The translations under genes and the position numbers were made by a program. Below are positions 48,541 through 60,020 of a DNA stretch of 64,000 nt, piece after piece. Each line of letters starts with the position of its first letter. Position 1 is the first letter of the stretch. The stretch is from Hypanus sabinus (Eukaryota), in the NCBI RefSeq assembly GCF_030144855.1, contig NC_082710.1:165354001-165418000 (forward strand). The letters are read 5' to 3'. The notes under the pieces were generated by a model, which was not told where the DNA came from, ran no database searches, and worked only from the letters and a program-made list of their open reading frames with translations.

Positions 48541-50174
48541 CTTTTTGTGATTCATGCACAATGCCCTTTCTGTCCCGCCTCTTCTATTTTCTGTTGTCCA
48601 CTTCCCAGCTGCTGCTGAGAGGCCTATATATAAGTGTCATAAGGGGCCTTTACCCTTGCAGATTCTTAATTCAACTGACAAGGATTCAATGTTTTCCAAT
48701 CCCACGTCCCATCTTTCTACTGATTCGATGCCATTCTTTACCAGCAGAACCATGGCACCCTCTCTGCTGACCTTCTTATCCCTCTGATACAATGAGTGAC
48801 CTTGGACATTCAGCTCCCAACTACAACAATCCTTCAGGCACGATTCAATGTTGGGTACAACATCATACCCTACAATCTATAAAAATGCAACAAGATTATC
48901 TACCTTATTTTTTGTACTCCAGTATAGAGATATAATATCTTGAGTACAGTATTGGCTGCCCTTTTAGAATCTGCATTCCTAATGCACTGATACTCACCTT
49001 GCATGCTGTAGTTATATTTTATCATCTGTCTGCCCTTCCTGACAGTCTGACTGCAAGCTATCTTTGCTTTTTTACCATCCGTCTTATCCTGAGTCCCTTC
49101 ACTCTGGTTCCTGCCCCGATCCTCCCTAACTGCTCTAATAAATCAGCTCTCATGTTCCCCTCAGATTCAGGTGCAACCTATCACTTTTGAACTGGTCAGA
49201 CTCAGAAGAGATCCCAATGATCCAAGAACCTGAAGCCCTGTCGCCTGCACTGGTTCTCACCCACACATTAATTTGCAAATCACCCTGTTTCTACCCTCAT
49301 TGGCACTGGAGTTTAAAAAAACAGAGGGGATTTCATTGAAGTTATTGAACGGCTTAGATAAAGTGAACCGGAGGAGGATGCTTCCTACAATGGAACAGTC
49401 TAGGATCATGGGGCATAGCTTCAGAATGGAAGGACCTCCCTTGGGAACGGAGATGAGAAGGAATTTTCTTTAGCCAGAAGGTGGTTAACCTGTGAAATTC
49501 ATTGCTACAAACAGTTGTGGAGGACAAATCATTGCGTAGATTGAAAGCAGAGGTTGAGGTGTTCTTGATTAGTACGGGTATCAAAGGTTTGGGGGAGAAT
49601 GCAGGAGAATGGGGTTGAAAGGGGTAATAAATCAGCCAGGATGCAATGGCAGAGCAGACTCTATGGGCTAAACAGCCCAATTCTGGTGAATATTCACAAG
49701 ACTCCTCAGAATATTCACATACAGTTGGGTCAAAATATTTTGCCTGGTTGGTAAACACTTGAGTAAACCTAAGACTCTGAAAATTAGTGTTGTGTGGTTG
49801 ACTCTAGGTACACAAACCCCAGCTATTGATTGCATCACAGAACATGTCTAATGCCTGTTTTGATGTAGGCCAACTTACACGGCCCTGATGCCTGTAATTT
49901 GGCAGTTGCACATGGGAATGAATTATGGTTGTCAGTATTAATGGCAATGCTTCTGTATCATAAACTTCATACTTGGTTAGCAGCTGCCTTGCCTTAACAG
50001 ACCCCGCTGTCAACAGCCTGAGCAGAAACCTGTCCCAAGAAGTTCGAACTGGGGGGTTCTGGTTACGAGGACTGCAAAAGTCCTTCACTATGGATCACTG
50101 TACACTCAGCCTTGCATGAAGCATGGCTTTTCTGTCAGAATCCACTTTCCTGCTTCAATTGTCTTCCTCCTTGG

Positions 50175-51110
50175 TCAATAGACAATAGACAATAGACACC
50201 AGGTGCAGGAGTAGGCCATTCGGCCCTTCTAGCCAGCACCACCATTCACTGTGATCATGGCTGATCATACATAATCAGTACCCCGTTCCTGCCCTCTCCC
50301 CATATCCCTTGACCCCGCTATCTATAAGAGCTCTATCTAACTCTCTCTTGAATGCATCCAGAGACTTGGTCTCCACTGCCTTCGGGGGCAGAGCATTCCA
50401 CATATCCACCACTCTCTGGGTGAAAAAGATTTTCTGCATCTCAGTTCTAAATGGCCTACCCCTTATTCTTAAACTGTGGCTTCTAGTTGTGGACTCACCC
50501 ATTAGTGGGAACATGCTTCCTGCCTCCAGCGTGTCCAGTCCCTTAATAATCTTATATGTTTCAATCAGGTCCCCTCTCATCCTTCTAAATTCCAGTGTAT
50601 CCAAGCCCGGTCGCTCCAATCTTTCAACATATGACAGTCCTGCCATTCCGGAAATTAACCTTGTGAACCTAAGCTGCACTCCCTCAATAGCAAGAATGTC
50701 CTTCCTCAAATTTGGAGACAAAATCTGCACACAATACTCCAGGTGTGGTCTCAACGGGGCCCTGTACAGCTGCAGAAGGACTTCTTTACTCCTATACTCA
50801 ATTCCTCTTGTTATCAAGGCCAGCATGCCATTAGCTTTCTTCACTGCCTGCTGTACCTGCATGCTTGCTTTCATTGACTGATGTACAAGAACACCTAGAT
50901 CTCGTTGTATTTACCCTTTTCCTAACTTGACTCCATTCAGATAGTAATCTGCCTTCCTGTTCTTGCCACCAAAGTGGTTAACCTGACATTTATCCACATT
51001 AAACTGCATCTGCCATACATTTGCCCACTGCCCCAACCTGTCCAAATCACCCTGCATTCTCATAACATGCTCCTGACATTTCACACTGCCACCCAGTTTT
51101 GTGTCATTAG
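50175..51110 (-). mobile_element. Young CR1 3' fragment
   Basis: Open 199-aa ORF 50275-50874; (gacaata)n tail at ~50175-50197. Confidence 0.9.
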
Positions 51111-51381
51111 GTATGAAGCCTGCCTATAACAACCATGTAGCTTGCATTGCTATGTGGCATTTGACAGGAATCTGACACAATAGATGAGAAAATGGTGAAG
51201 GTTTGGTACAGGGTTGGTACAGGAAAATGGCACTGAGGTAACAAAAAGCACCGCTGTGTCTGGTGTTGTTCCCGCATGTCTCCTTCCCTTTGTCCCACAG
51301 GTGTGAAGATGCCATACAATGAAACTATGGACACTAACATATTGAGACTAATGACTCTAATTACTTGTCCTTCTGTTTCAG

Positions 51382-51711
51382 TTCTGGCAGAGTCCGATGG
51401 GAATCCGGTTACTCGTCGAGTGGTGAATGGGGCACTGGGACAGTCAGTCACTTTGCCAGGAAACGTACCAGGAGAAAGCATTTCAACCATTACTTGGGAC
51501 TACATAAATTCACCTAATCAAAAAAAGTTTCCATTATGTGAGAAATATCCAAACAATCCAATAAAATGTTACAGAGAGAGGATCACGTTAAACCCGGAGG
51601 ACTACAGCCTGGAAATACAGAACCTAACAGACAGTGACAAAGGTTTCTATGTAATTAAAGCAAGGGTGGGTGGGGCTCTCCATGAAGAAGTGATGAAACT
51701 GGAAGTTCATG
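51382..51711 (+). CDS. Gene R IgV exon (CD2/SLAM family)
   Basis: Branch ctaat plus ttgtccttctgtttcag acceptor; donor G|GTAATA; 330 nt, phase 1-1, open; NGALGQSVTLP...ITW...YSLEIQNLTDSDKGFY; lacks the B/F-strand Cys, as in CD2/SLAM V domains. Confidence 0.9.
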
Positions 51712-52109
51712 GTAATATGCTTCAAAATTTAATATAAATTCTGACCTAACTTTTTTTAAGCAGACAAAGATGAAAGTGGAGATGTTTGTGGTCTGAGCTA
51801 AAGCCTGTGGGACACACAAGTCAGAGGAATACTGAAACTCTGCTCAGAAGCAGCACTTGTTTGTTAAAAAACTGGTTGGAAGCACTGTCTGTTTAAGTAC
51901 TGATGCCAGAAAAATGGATGGGTCCTTTTATGGAGGGAACCCTAAGAACCTGACTTAGTGTAGATAATCTCTTATGGCAGGGATTCTCAACCTTTTTTTA
52001 TGCTATGGACAAATCCATGAAAAAGAGGTCCATGGATGCCAGCATGAAAACCTGTGTCTTAAGGTGTTTCTAGCTGTCATGTGGGTATTCATTCTTTTTT
52101 CCCAGAATC

Positions 52110-55100
52110 TAGGTTTGCTAGAGCTGTTGGGAGGGTTTAAACTAGTTTGGCAGGGAGGTGGGAATCAGATTGTGAGTGCAGAGATTAAGGTAGAAGGACA
52201 AGGGCATGATGCTAAGAGTTCTGAGTTGATGAGGAAGGACAGGCAGGGGACAGAACATAATTGTAGCCAGTTAGAGGGGTTGAAATGTGTCTATTTCAAC
52301 ACTAGGAGTATTAGGAATAAAGGGGATGAACTTAGAGCATGGATCAGTACGTGGAACTACGATGTTGTGACCGTTACTGAACCTTGGCTGAACAAAGGAC
52401 AGGATTGGCTGATGCAGGTACCGGGGTTTAGGTGTTTTAAAAGGAGTGGGATGGGAGGTAGAAAAGGCGACGGGGGGTGGGGGGAGTAGCATTACTGGTC
52501 AGGGATAGTATCACAGCTACAGAAAGGGAGGACGGTGCAGAAGGAGTGTCCATGGAGTCAGTCTGGGTGGAACTCAGAAATAGGAAGGGATCAATCACTG
52601 TGCTGGGAGTAGTCTATAGGCCCCCAAATAGCCCTCGGGAAACCGAGGAGCAGATAAGCAGGCAGATTTTGGAATGCTGCAGGAATTACAGGGTAGTAGA
52701 TATGGGTGATTTCAACTTCCCTCGTATTGACTGGCACCTCCTGACTGCAAGGAGGATAGAGGGGGCTGAATTTGTCAGGTGTGTTTAAGAAGGATTCCTG
52801 GCACAGTATGTGAACCGGCCGACGAGAGGAGAGGCTATACTGGATCTAGTTCTGGGTAATGAACCTGGTCAGGTGGCAGACCTGTTGGAGGGGGAACATT
52901 TTGGTGAGAGTGACCACAACTCCCTTAGATTCAGCATAGCTATGGAAAGGGATAAAACCAGATGAAATGGTAAAGTGCTTAACTGGGGAAGGGCTAACTA
53001 TGAAGGGATGAGTCAGAAACTAGCGAGAGTAAACTGGAAAAAGGTGTTCAAAGGGGAAAGCACAGAGATAATGTGGAGGAAGTTTAGGGACCACTTGTGC
53101 TGGGCTCAGGATAGGTTTGTCCCACTGAGACAAGGAAAAAAAGGTAGGAAAAGGGAACTGTGGCTGACAAAACATGTGAGGCAACTTGGCAAGAGGAAGA
53201 AGGAAGCATATGTTAGATATAAGAAGCAGGAAGCAGGAAGGGCTCATGAGAAATACAGGGTAGCCAGGAAGGAACTTAAGAAAGGACTTAAGAGAGCTCA
53301 AAGGAGGCATGAGAATGCCTTGGCATGTAGGATTAAGGAGAACCCCAAGGCGTTCTATGCGTATGTGAAGAATAGGAGGATGACGATAACGAAGGTGGGA
53401 CCGCTAAAGGATAAAGAGGGCAACATGTACCTGGATGTGGAGGAGGTTGGGGAGGTCCTAAATGAATACTTTGCTTCAGTATTCACAAGTGATCAGGGTG
53501 AGGTCGAAATAGAACAGTTGTGTGTGCTGGACAATGTGGAGATTAAGGAAGAAGAAGTGTTGGATCTTCTTAAAAACACCAAGATTGTTAAGTCCCCAGG
53601 GCCGGATGTGATACACCCCAAGTTACTGTCGGAAGTGAGAGTAGAGATTGCTGGAGCAGTAGCTATAATCTTTGAATCCTCTTTGGCTGCAGGGGAGGTG
53701 CCAGAGGACTGGAGAATGACAAATGTAGTTGCTTTGTTTAAAAAAGGTAATAGGGGAAATCCTGGGAACTATAGACAGGTGAGTCTTACGTCAGTGGTCT
53801 GCAAACTATTGGAAAGGATTCTTCAGAATAGGATATACGAGCATTTGGAGAAGTACAGTCTACTCGAGGATAGTCAACATGGCTTTGTGAAGGGAAGGTC
53901 GTGCCTCACAAGCCTAATTGAGTTTTTGGAAGAGGTAACAAAATAAATTGATGAGTGTAGGGAGGTAGATGTGGTCTACATGGATTCTATCAAGGCATTT
54001 GACAAGGTCCCCCACGAGAGATTCATCCAGAAAGTCATGAGGCATGGGATCAGTGGAACCTTGGCTGTCTGGATAAAAAATTGGCTTACAGGAAGAAAGC
54101 AGAGGGTTGTAGTGGAAAGAAAATATTCTGCCTGGAGGTCAGCGACTAGTGAAATGCCGCAAGAATCTGTCCTGGGACCCCTGCTCTTTCTGATTTTAAT
54201 AAATGACCTAGATGAAAAGGCGGAAGGATGGGTGAGTAAGTTTGCAGATGACACGAAGATTACAGGAGTTGTGGATGGAGCTGTAGGTTGTCGAAGGTTA
54301 CAAGAGGATATAGACAGGATTCAGAGTTGGGCAGAAAAGTGGCAGATGGAGTTCAATCCGGACAAGTGTGAGGTGATGCATTTTGGAAGGACAAACCAGA
54401 AGGCTGAGTACAGGATTAATAGTCAGTTACTTAAGAGTGTGGATGAACAGAGGGACCATCGGGTTCAAATCCATACACAGGTTGATAGGATAGTTAAGAA
54501 GGCCTATGGGATGCTAGGCTTCATTAATAGGGGGATTGAGTTCAAGAGTAGAGAGGTGATGTTGCAACCCTAGAAATCTCTGGTGAGGCCACAATTAGAG
54601 TATTGTGTTCAGTTCTGGACACCTCATTATAGGAAGGATGTGGAAGCTATGGAGAGGATGCAGAGGAGATTTGCAAGTTGTCTGGATTGGAAAACAAGTC
54701 TTATGAGGCAAGGTTAGCAGAGCTGGGACTTTTCTCTTTGGAGCATAGAAGGATGAGAGGGAACTTGATAGAAGTCTACAAGATTATGAGAGACATAGAT
54801 AGGGTGGATAGCCAGTACCTGTTTCCCAGGGCACCAACAGCAAACACCAGAGGGCATATGTATAAAGTTAAGGCAGGGAAGTTTAGCGGAGACATCAGGG
54901 TAAGTTTTGGCACGGAGGGTTGTGGGTGCCTGGAATGACTTGCCAGGGATGGTGGTGGAGGCTGAAACATTAAGGGTATTTAAGAACCTCTTGGACAGGC
55001 ACATGGATGAAAGAAAAATAGAGGATTACAGGGCAGTTTACAGTTTAGTACTTTTTTTTAGGGAATATTTGGGTGGGTACAACATCGAGGGCTGAAGGGC

Positions 55101-55136
55101 CTGTACTGTGCTGTAGTATTCGAGTGTCTAGTGTCT
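52110..55136 (+). mobile_element. 5'-truncated CR1 (ORF1 end, APE, RT) in the V-C2 intron
   Basis: ORFs 52477-52788, 52975-53946, 53971-54573 broken by stops; AATC at 52106-52109 and 55137-55140. Confidence 0.92.
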
Positions 55137-55863
55137 AATCCACAATGTTCACTGGTGGTAGGTGGGGGAGGAGATTCGTCAGCAGTATTAACCTCTCCTT
55201 CTGGAAACAGAATTGAACAGTGCAGAAGAGATGTGAAAGTGAAGGACAGGAGACAATGGTGCTGGTCTATTCAGCTTGCTTTCTGACAATCCAGGTAGAA
55301 CATGGACAACATGTGTAAGGAATGTTCCTGGCATTCACAAAGCTGTTTACACAAGTTCTATTTTGGTTTTCTTGTCTAAAACTTGGCATAGATAATCACA
55401 GGAATTCCAACCAAATTCTGGCAGTCTGGTTCTTGGGATGGACGAGATTTGAGTAGACCTGCATTCTTTTGAGCTTAGAAGAATGTGATGTAATTTCACT
55501 GAATTTATGAAACAAATCTAGGAGGTGTTACTGTTGTGGATACATAGGGCTATCTTCCCAGCGTAATAATGCTTGATTCAGAGTAAATGTTAGGTTATTT
55601 AGGAACGGTAAGCTTGAGGTTGATGAATATTTGGTATGTTCTACTCTAGAAGACATAGGAGACTTAATTATTTATGTCATTCAATATGAAAGTAGATATA
55701 TGTTTTGCATATTACAAGAATTTGGGATATTGTAAAAGTGTGACTGATGAAGAGCAGAGCAGGCTTCTCCCAGCCCTGTATCAGAAGATTTCATGAGAGG
55801 CTCTTGGCTATTACCTACTTGTTGACAAACCATTTTCTTTATTTGTGTTTTTCTTACAAATAG

Positions 55864-56154
55864 AAAGCATGTCAAAACCTGTAATAAATACCGTCCAATT
55901 CATCTCAGATGAAGTATGTAACATCAGTTTGCACTGTTTACTGGAGCGTGGCTCGGAGCCAGTTTACACTTGGTGGACAGGACGTGATGAGGTCATGACC
56001 GATGAGTCACATGTACTGACTGATGGAGGGAGAAGTCTGGAATTGTCCTTAAGGCCGAGTGATAACAACACAGTGTACAACTGCACAGTGAGGAACCCTG
56101 TCAGTGAGGCATCTTCAAGTGTGGATGTAGGAAGATTCTGCCTAGTCACAGAAG
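55864..56154 (+). CDS. Gene R IgC2 exon
   Basis: Acceptor ttcttacaaatag, donor G|GTGGGT; 291 nt, phase 1-1; 11 nt differences from the gene L copy. Confidence 0.92.
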
Positions 56155-58526
56155 GTGGGTCCATTACCTTTACAAACCCCACAATTTTTTCTTAAAAATT
56201 AACCATTATTTATTCCCTTTCTCTTCTAATCTCAATACACTTACAATAGATCAGATCAGGTCTGAGACAGATCTATGATTTTTAGGAACATGCATTCTGA
56301 GCAGAATGCTCCAGACGTATCCTTGGTGCCCTATTCGTTCTGGCCCCTCTATGGGTCCGTCAGAGCTTGACTGCAAAAAGTGAGAATCACTCAAGTCCAA
56401 CACCACTGAAACCACTCTGAAACTGAGATTCATGTTTGAGCTCATCTCTCCTTCACCTGTCTGTGCAATTGCATATCTTATTAAACAGTCTGTCACAAAT
56501 TCTCTGAGGTATAATCGAGACAATAAAGAATCTAAAAGGACGGTGGTGGTGAGAACACTAAATATGTTGTGTCACAGGGCTTGGGAGTGGCCAATATGCC
56601 AGCAAACCTTAACATAGTAAAGGATCTTCTTTCCTCCCACATTGTCATCTAGTTTTCATTCATCCGTGTGTTTATCTGAGAATCTTATTTGTGTCTCTAA
56701 TGTATGTACCTGTACCATCACCCCAGACAGTGCATTCCATGCACGATCCACTTTCTGTGTAAAAAAACATATCTCTGATATCTGCTCCAATATGATCCAA
56801 TCACAATAAAATTATGCCCTTTTATATTAGCCATTTCTGAATAGCTGTCCACTTTTTTTGTCTGGAAAAAGGTGCTGGCTACCCAAGCTTATCCACCTTA
56901 ATATATCATTGCTATTTTTCCATTAGCAGACGTTTTCATGGCTTTCAGCCACAGATAAAAGGCAAAAGGCACAAGCAATAGAAGGGAACATATTTTTGAA
57001 TGGAGCGGTTAAAAGTTAGTGAAAACAGAGTTAAATCTGCTCCTATATCATATGATCTTATGGTCTTACTGACTTTCCGCTTTTAATCTAGTGGCTTTAT
57101 TTTTCTCTGGGCTCAATCCTGGGTTGAAATAAAATATTTTTAATTAACTTACAGAATCTTTCTATTACTTAAACCATCAGATTCAGCAATTTAGTTTTGA
57201 TTGCCTTGAACTTGACAGAAAAAAATTATCTGAAGTTAACTACTAATCATGGGGAAATTTTAAAATTTAAATCTATTTAGAAATGTAGAATTCTGGTCCA
57301 AATGAGCTTGTGCTGCTCATTAAACCCATGTAAGGAATTACCGTACTCACACAAACATCTTTGGAATTTGGGAGGGAACCAAGGCACCAGGAGGAAACTC
57401 ACACAGGTATGGGGAGAACATGCAAACATTTCGCAAACAGCAGTAGGAAATAAACCCGGGTCACTGCCTCTTTAATAACCTTAAACTGGCACTTTGGTAA
57501 CATGCTGTCCCATAAACACAGTAAATGAGGACCAGTAAGAAAAATTGTCAAAAATAAAGTCAGTGTTAGAGGTCATTTGAATGCTGAATGAGTATGGTGA
57601 ATTTGTGAAATTTATTGCCACAGATGGCAATGGAAGCCAAGCAGTTGGGTATATTTTGAGTAGAGGTTGATAGGTCCTTGATTTCTAAGGGCATCAAAGG
57701 TTACAAGAGAATGCAGGAGAATGGAGTTGAGAGGGAACATTTTAAAAACGCCATGATGGAATGGTGCAGCATATCAATGGGCTGAATGGATTCATTCAGC
57801 TCCTCTGTCATTTGGTCTAATCCTTGGTCGGAATCAACTGAGATGCTTGGCGTTATACGCCACCACCCATATTTTCTTCAACAGTACCATTTTTGTTCTC
57901 TTTCAGGAAGAATTCCATTGATGATTAACTTGGTTTAATGATTTTTTTAATGTATCAGGACGATGAGGGAAGAATTGGCTAGATAATTCTTATTCTGAAA
58001 GGTTCCAGCTGAGGACAGGGCCAAGATGTAGAATGTTCAGATCTGCTGTTTGTTCATTTTAAGTGTTTTTGTCTTCTCCCTGCAGAACTTTACAGTGCAG
58101 AAGGAAGCCATTTTACTGCATGATTCTAATAGTATTATCAGGTGATCCAATTCTCCCCTTTCCTTCCTCAGTGATGAATAACTTCTTTAAATTGTAGGTT
58201 ATTTCTGTTTTGTTCTTCAAAGCTCTGATTGAATTTTGCATTAATCATTACTCATGCAGATAATGAGCTACAGATCACAGCCACTCTTTATCAATCCCAT
58301 CTGCTATCTCCTCCCTATTTTCCCCCTTTCTTCCTGTAGCCCCTGATCTGGTTATGGGAACAGCATCCCTCATTTTACCCTGCATAAACTGTTGTGATCT
58401 TACAAATCACTATCAGCTCTCACCTTCACCAATCTGATGTATTTCCTATTTTAAGCCAAGTTTAATTTAACTTCACTGTGTAGTAACACGTTGACAAAAT
58501 CACAATTCATGTCTATCCCTTTTCAG

Positions 58527-58647
58527 GTCAGAAGGCTTTGAGGCCATTACACATTCATTTAATTGCTACCATTGCTCTGATAGCTTTCATCACAGTTATC
58601 CTCTTCGTGATGTATTGGAAGAGAGAACCAAAGTGCAATGAAGGCAG
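58527..58647 (+). CDS. Gene R transmembrane exon
   Basis: Acceptor gtctatcccttttcag, donor AG|GTACTT; phase-1 reading GQKALRPLHIHLIATIALIAFITVILFVMYWKREPKCNEG: uncharged hydrophobic helix then KR stop-transfer. Confidence 0.85.
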
Positions 58648-58899
58648 GTACTTTAAAATATTAAGTCACACAGTGTAGTCCCTGATAATATCCCATCACA
58701 ATATTTGGTCTCATGCTTGTCTTTGTTAATGGTATCTCTGGCTTTTTTTCCAATCAGGTATGGTCTCACTGCCTCTTTGCAATCATTAGTGGAGCGAGAC
58801 TATACAATCTCCTGAGCAGGAATTCAAATCAAGTTCTTGAACTGAAGGGAAAGCTGCCTACATTCCAATATGTGTGCTGTGTGCATCATGAAACTCAGT

Positions 58900-59039
58900 N
58901 NNNNNNNNNNNNNNNNNNNNNNNNNNNNNNNNNNNNNNNNNNNNNNNNNNNNNNNNNNNNNNNNNNNNNNNNNNNNNNNNNNNNNNNNNNNNNNNNNNNN
59001 NNNNNNNNNNNNNNNNNNNNNNNNNNNNNNNNNNNNNNN
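58900..59039. other. Assembly gap (140 N)
   Basis: Run of N; corresponds to left-arm 9155-9283. Confidence 1.
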
Positions 59040-59467
59040 TATTCCTTCACTTCAGAACGGTGAGCACCATTTGTCAGCTTATGACTGCAGAAGAAAGCTT
59101 TTGCAATGCTTGTTGACTCTTCTTATGAACAACTTAAAGGATACTATGCTGCATAAATTCAACAAAATGAGTCCCATTTCTGGTCTTGGCATTCTGGCCG
59201 CACTTCACACCTTGCACAACACAAACTTTATTCCCATGGTTCCAACCCACAACACTGGGCAAACTCTCTGCCTTTGCCTGACTGGCAATACCAACCTGAC
59301 CTGTCTATGCTTACCATCACCTTCTCAAGGGCAATTAAGGATGAGTAACATACACTGGCTTTCTCATTGATGCTCTAATCCAGAGAAAAGGCATAAAAAT
59401 CTAAATTACAGCATGACCCCAGAGCCCATTCATTGAGCATGGTAGGATCTAAATGAGGTCACTTAAG

Positions 59468-60020
59468 AGTTCTTTTATCCAGTATGGGGTGTCTAGAGAG
59501 GTGTAGCGCCTCTGGTGGGGGACCGGCCATGCACTTTTCAGGGTAGCTCGTCCACCTTTGTCCCCACCTGGCGCTCAGCTCTCACCTGTAGCTCCAAGTA
59601 GCTGTAACACACGCAGTGGCGACACCCCGGTAAACTGTTTCGACAGACGGGCCAAACCAGGTGAGGGTAGCCGATGGGTTTTCGACCCTCAGTGAGGTAG
59701 GGGATCAGTCTAAGCTCCCAGCGTGTGAAGTCTGGTCCTGGCAGATTGAGCGGCGGAGACCGATTAATGGTCCAACAGTCAAGAAGGCAGGTCCAGCAGC
59801 GCTCTTGTGCAGCGCTAAGGACACGACAAAGCACTCAGACGTCCTGGTCATCCACTGCAGCAGGAGAGGTCTCCAGCCATAATGACTGTCCGTGCCATTG
59901 GATGAAGGTGTCTTCTGCCGAGAGGGTGGGATTGCCCCTGTGCAATTGCTGTTCCACTTAAAACTCCATCATGCTCAGGTTTGTGTCCTCTTCAAATCCG
60001 AAGGACGACCACAATATCCT
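59468..60020 (+). mobile_element. RTE-like LINE 5' UTR fragment; left-arm copy (~7090-7256) lacks ~410 bp
   Basis: CpG-rich, structured sequence ctctggtggggg...gtccccacctggcgctcagctctcacctg...caggtgagggtagcc; family name is by recall only. Confidence 0.55.

Noticed and set aside
51276-51737. 153-aa ORF as a complete single-exon gene
   Set aside because: It contains canonical splice sites bounding a 330-nt phase-1 exon that joins leader, C2 and TM exons in frame; the ORF ends are intron read-through.
52110-55136. Active full-length CR1
   Set aside because: 5'-truncated within ORF1, and ORF2 is broken by stops (for example at ~52786, ~53944, ~54571).
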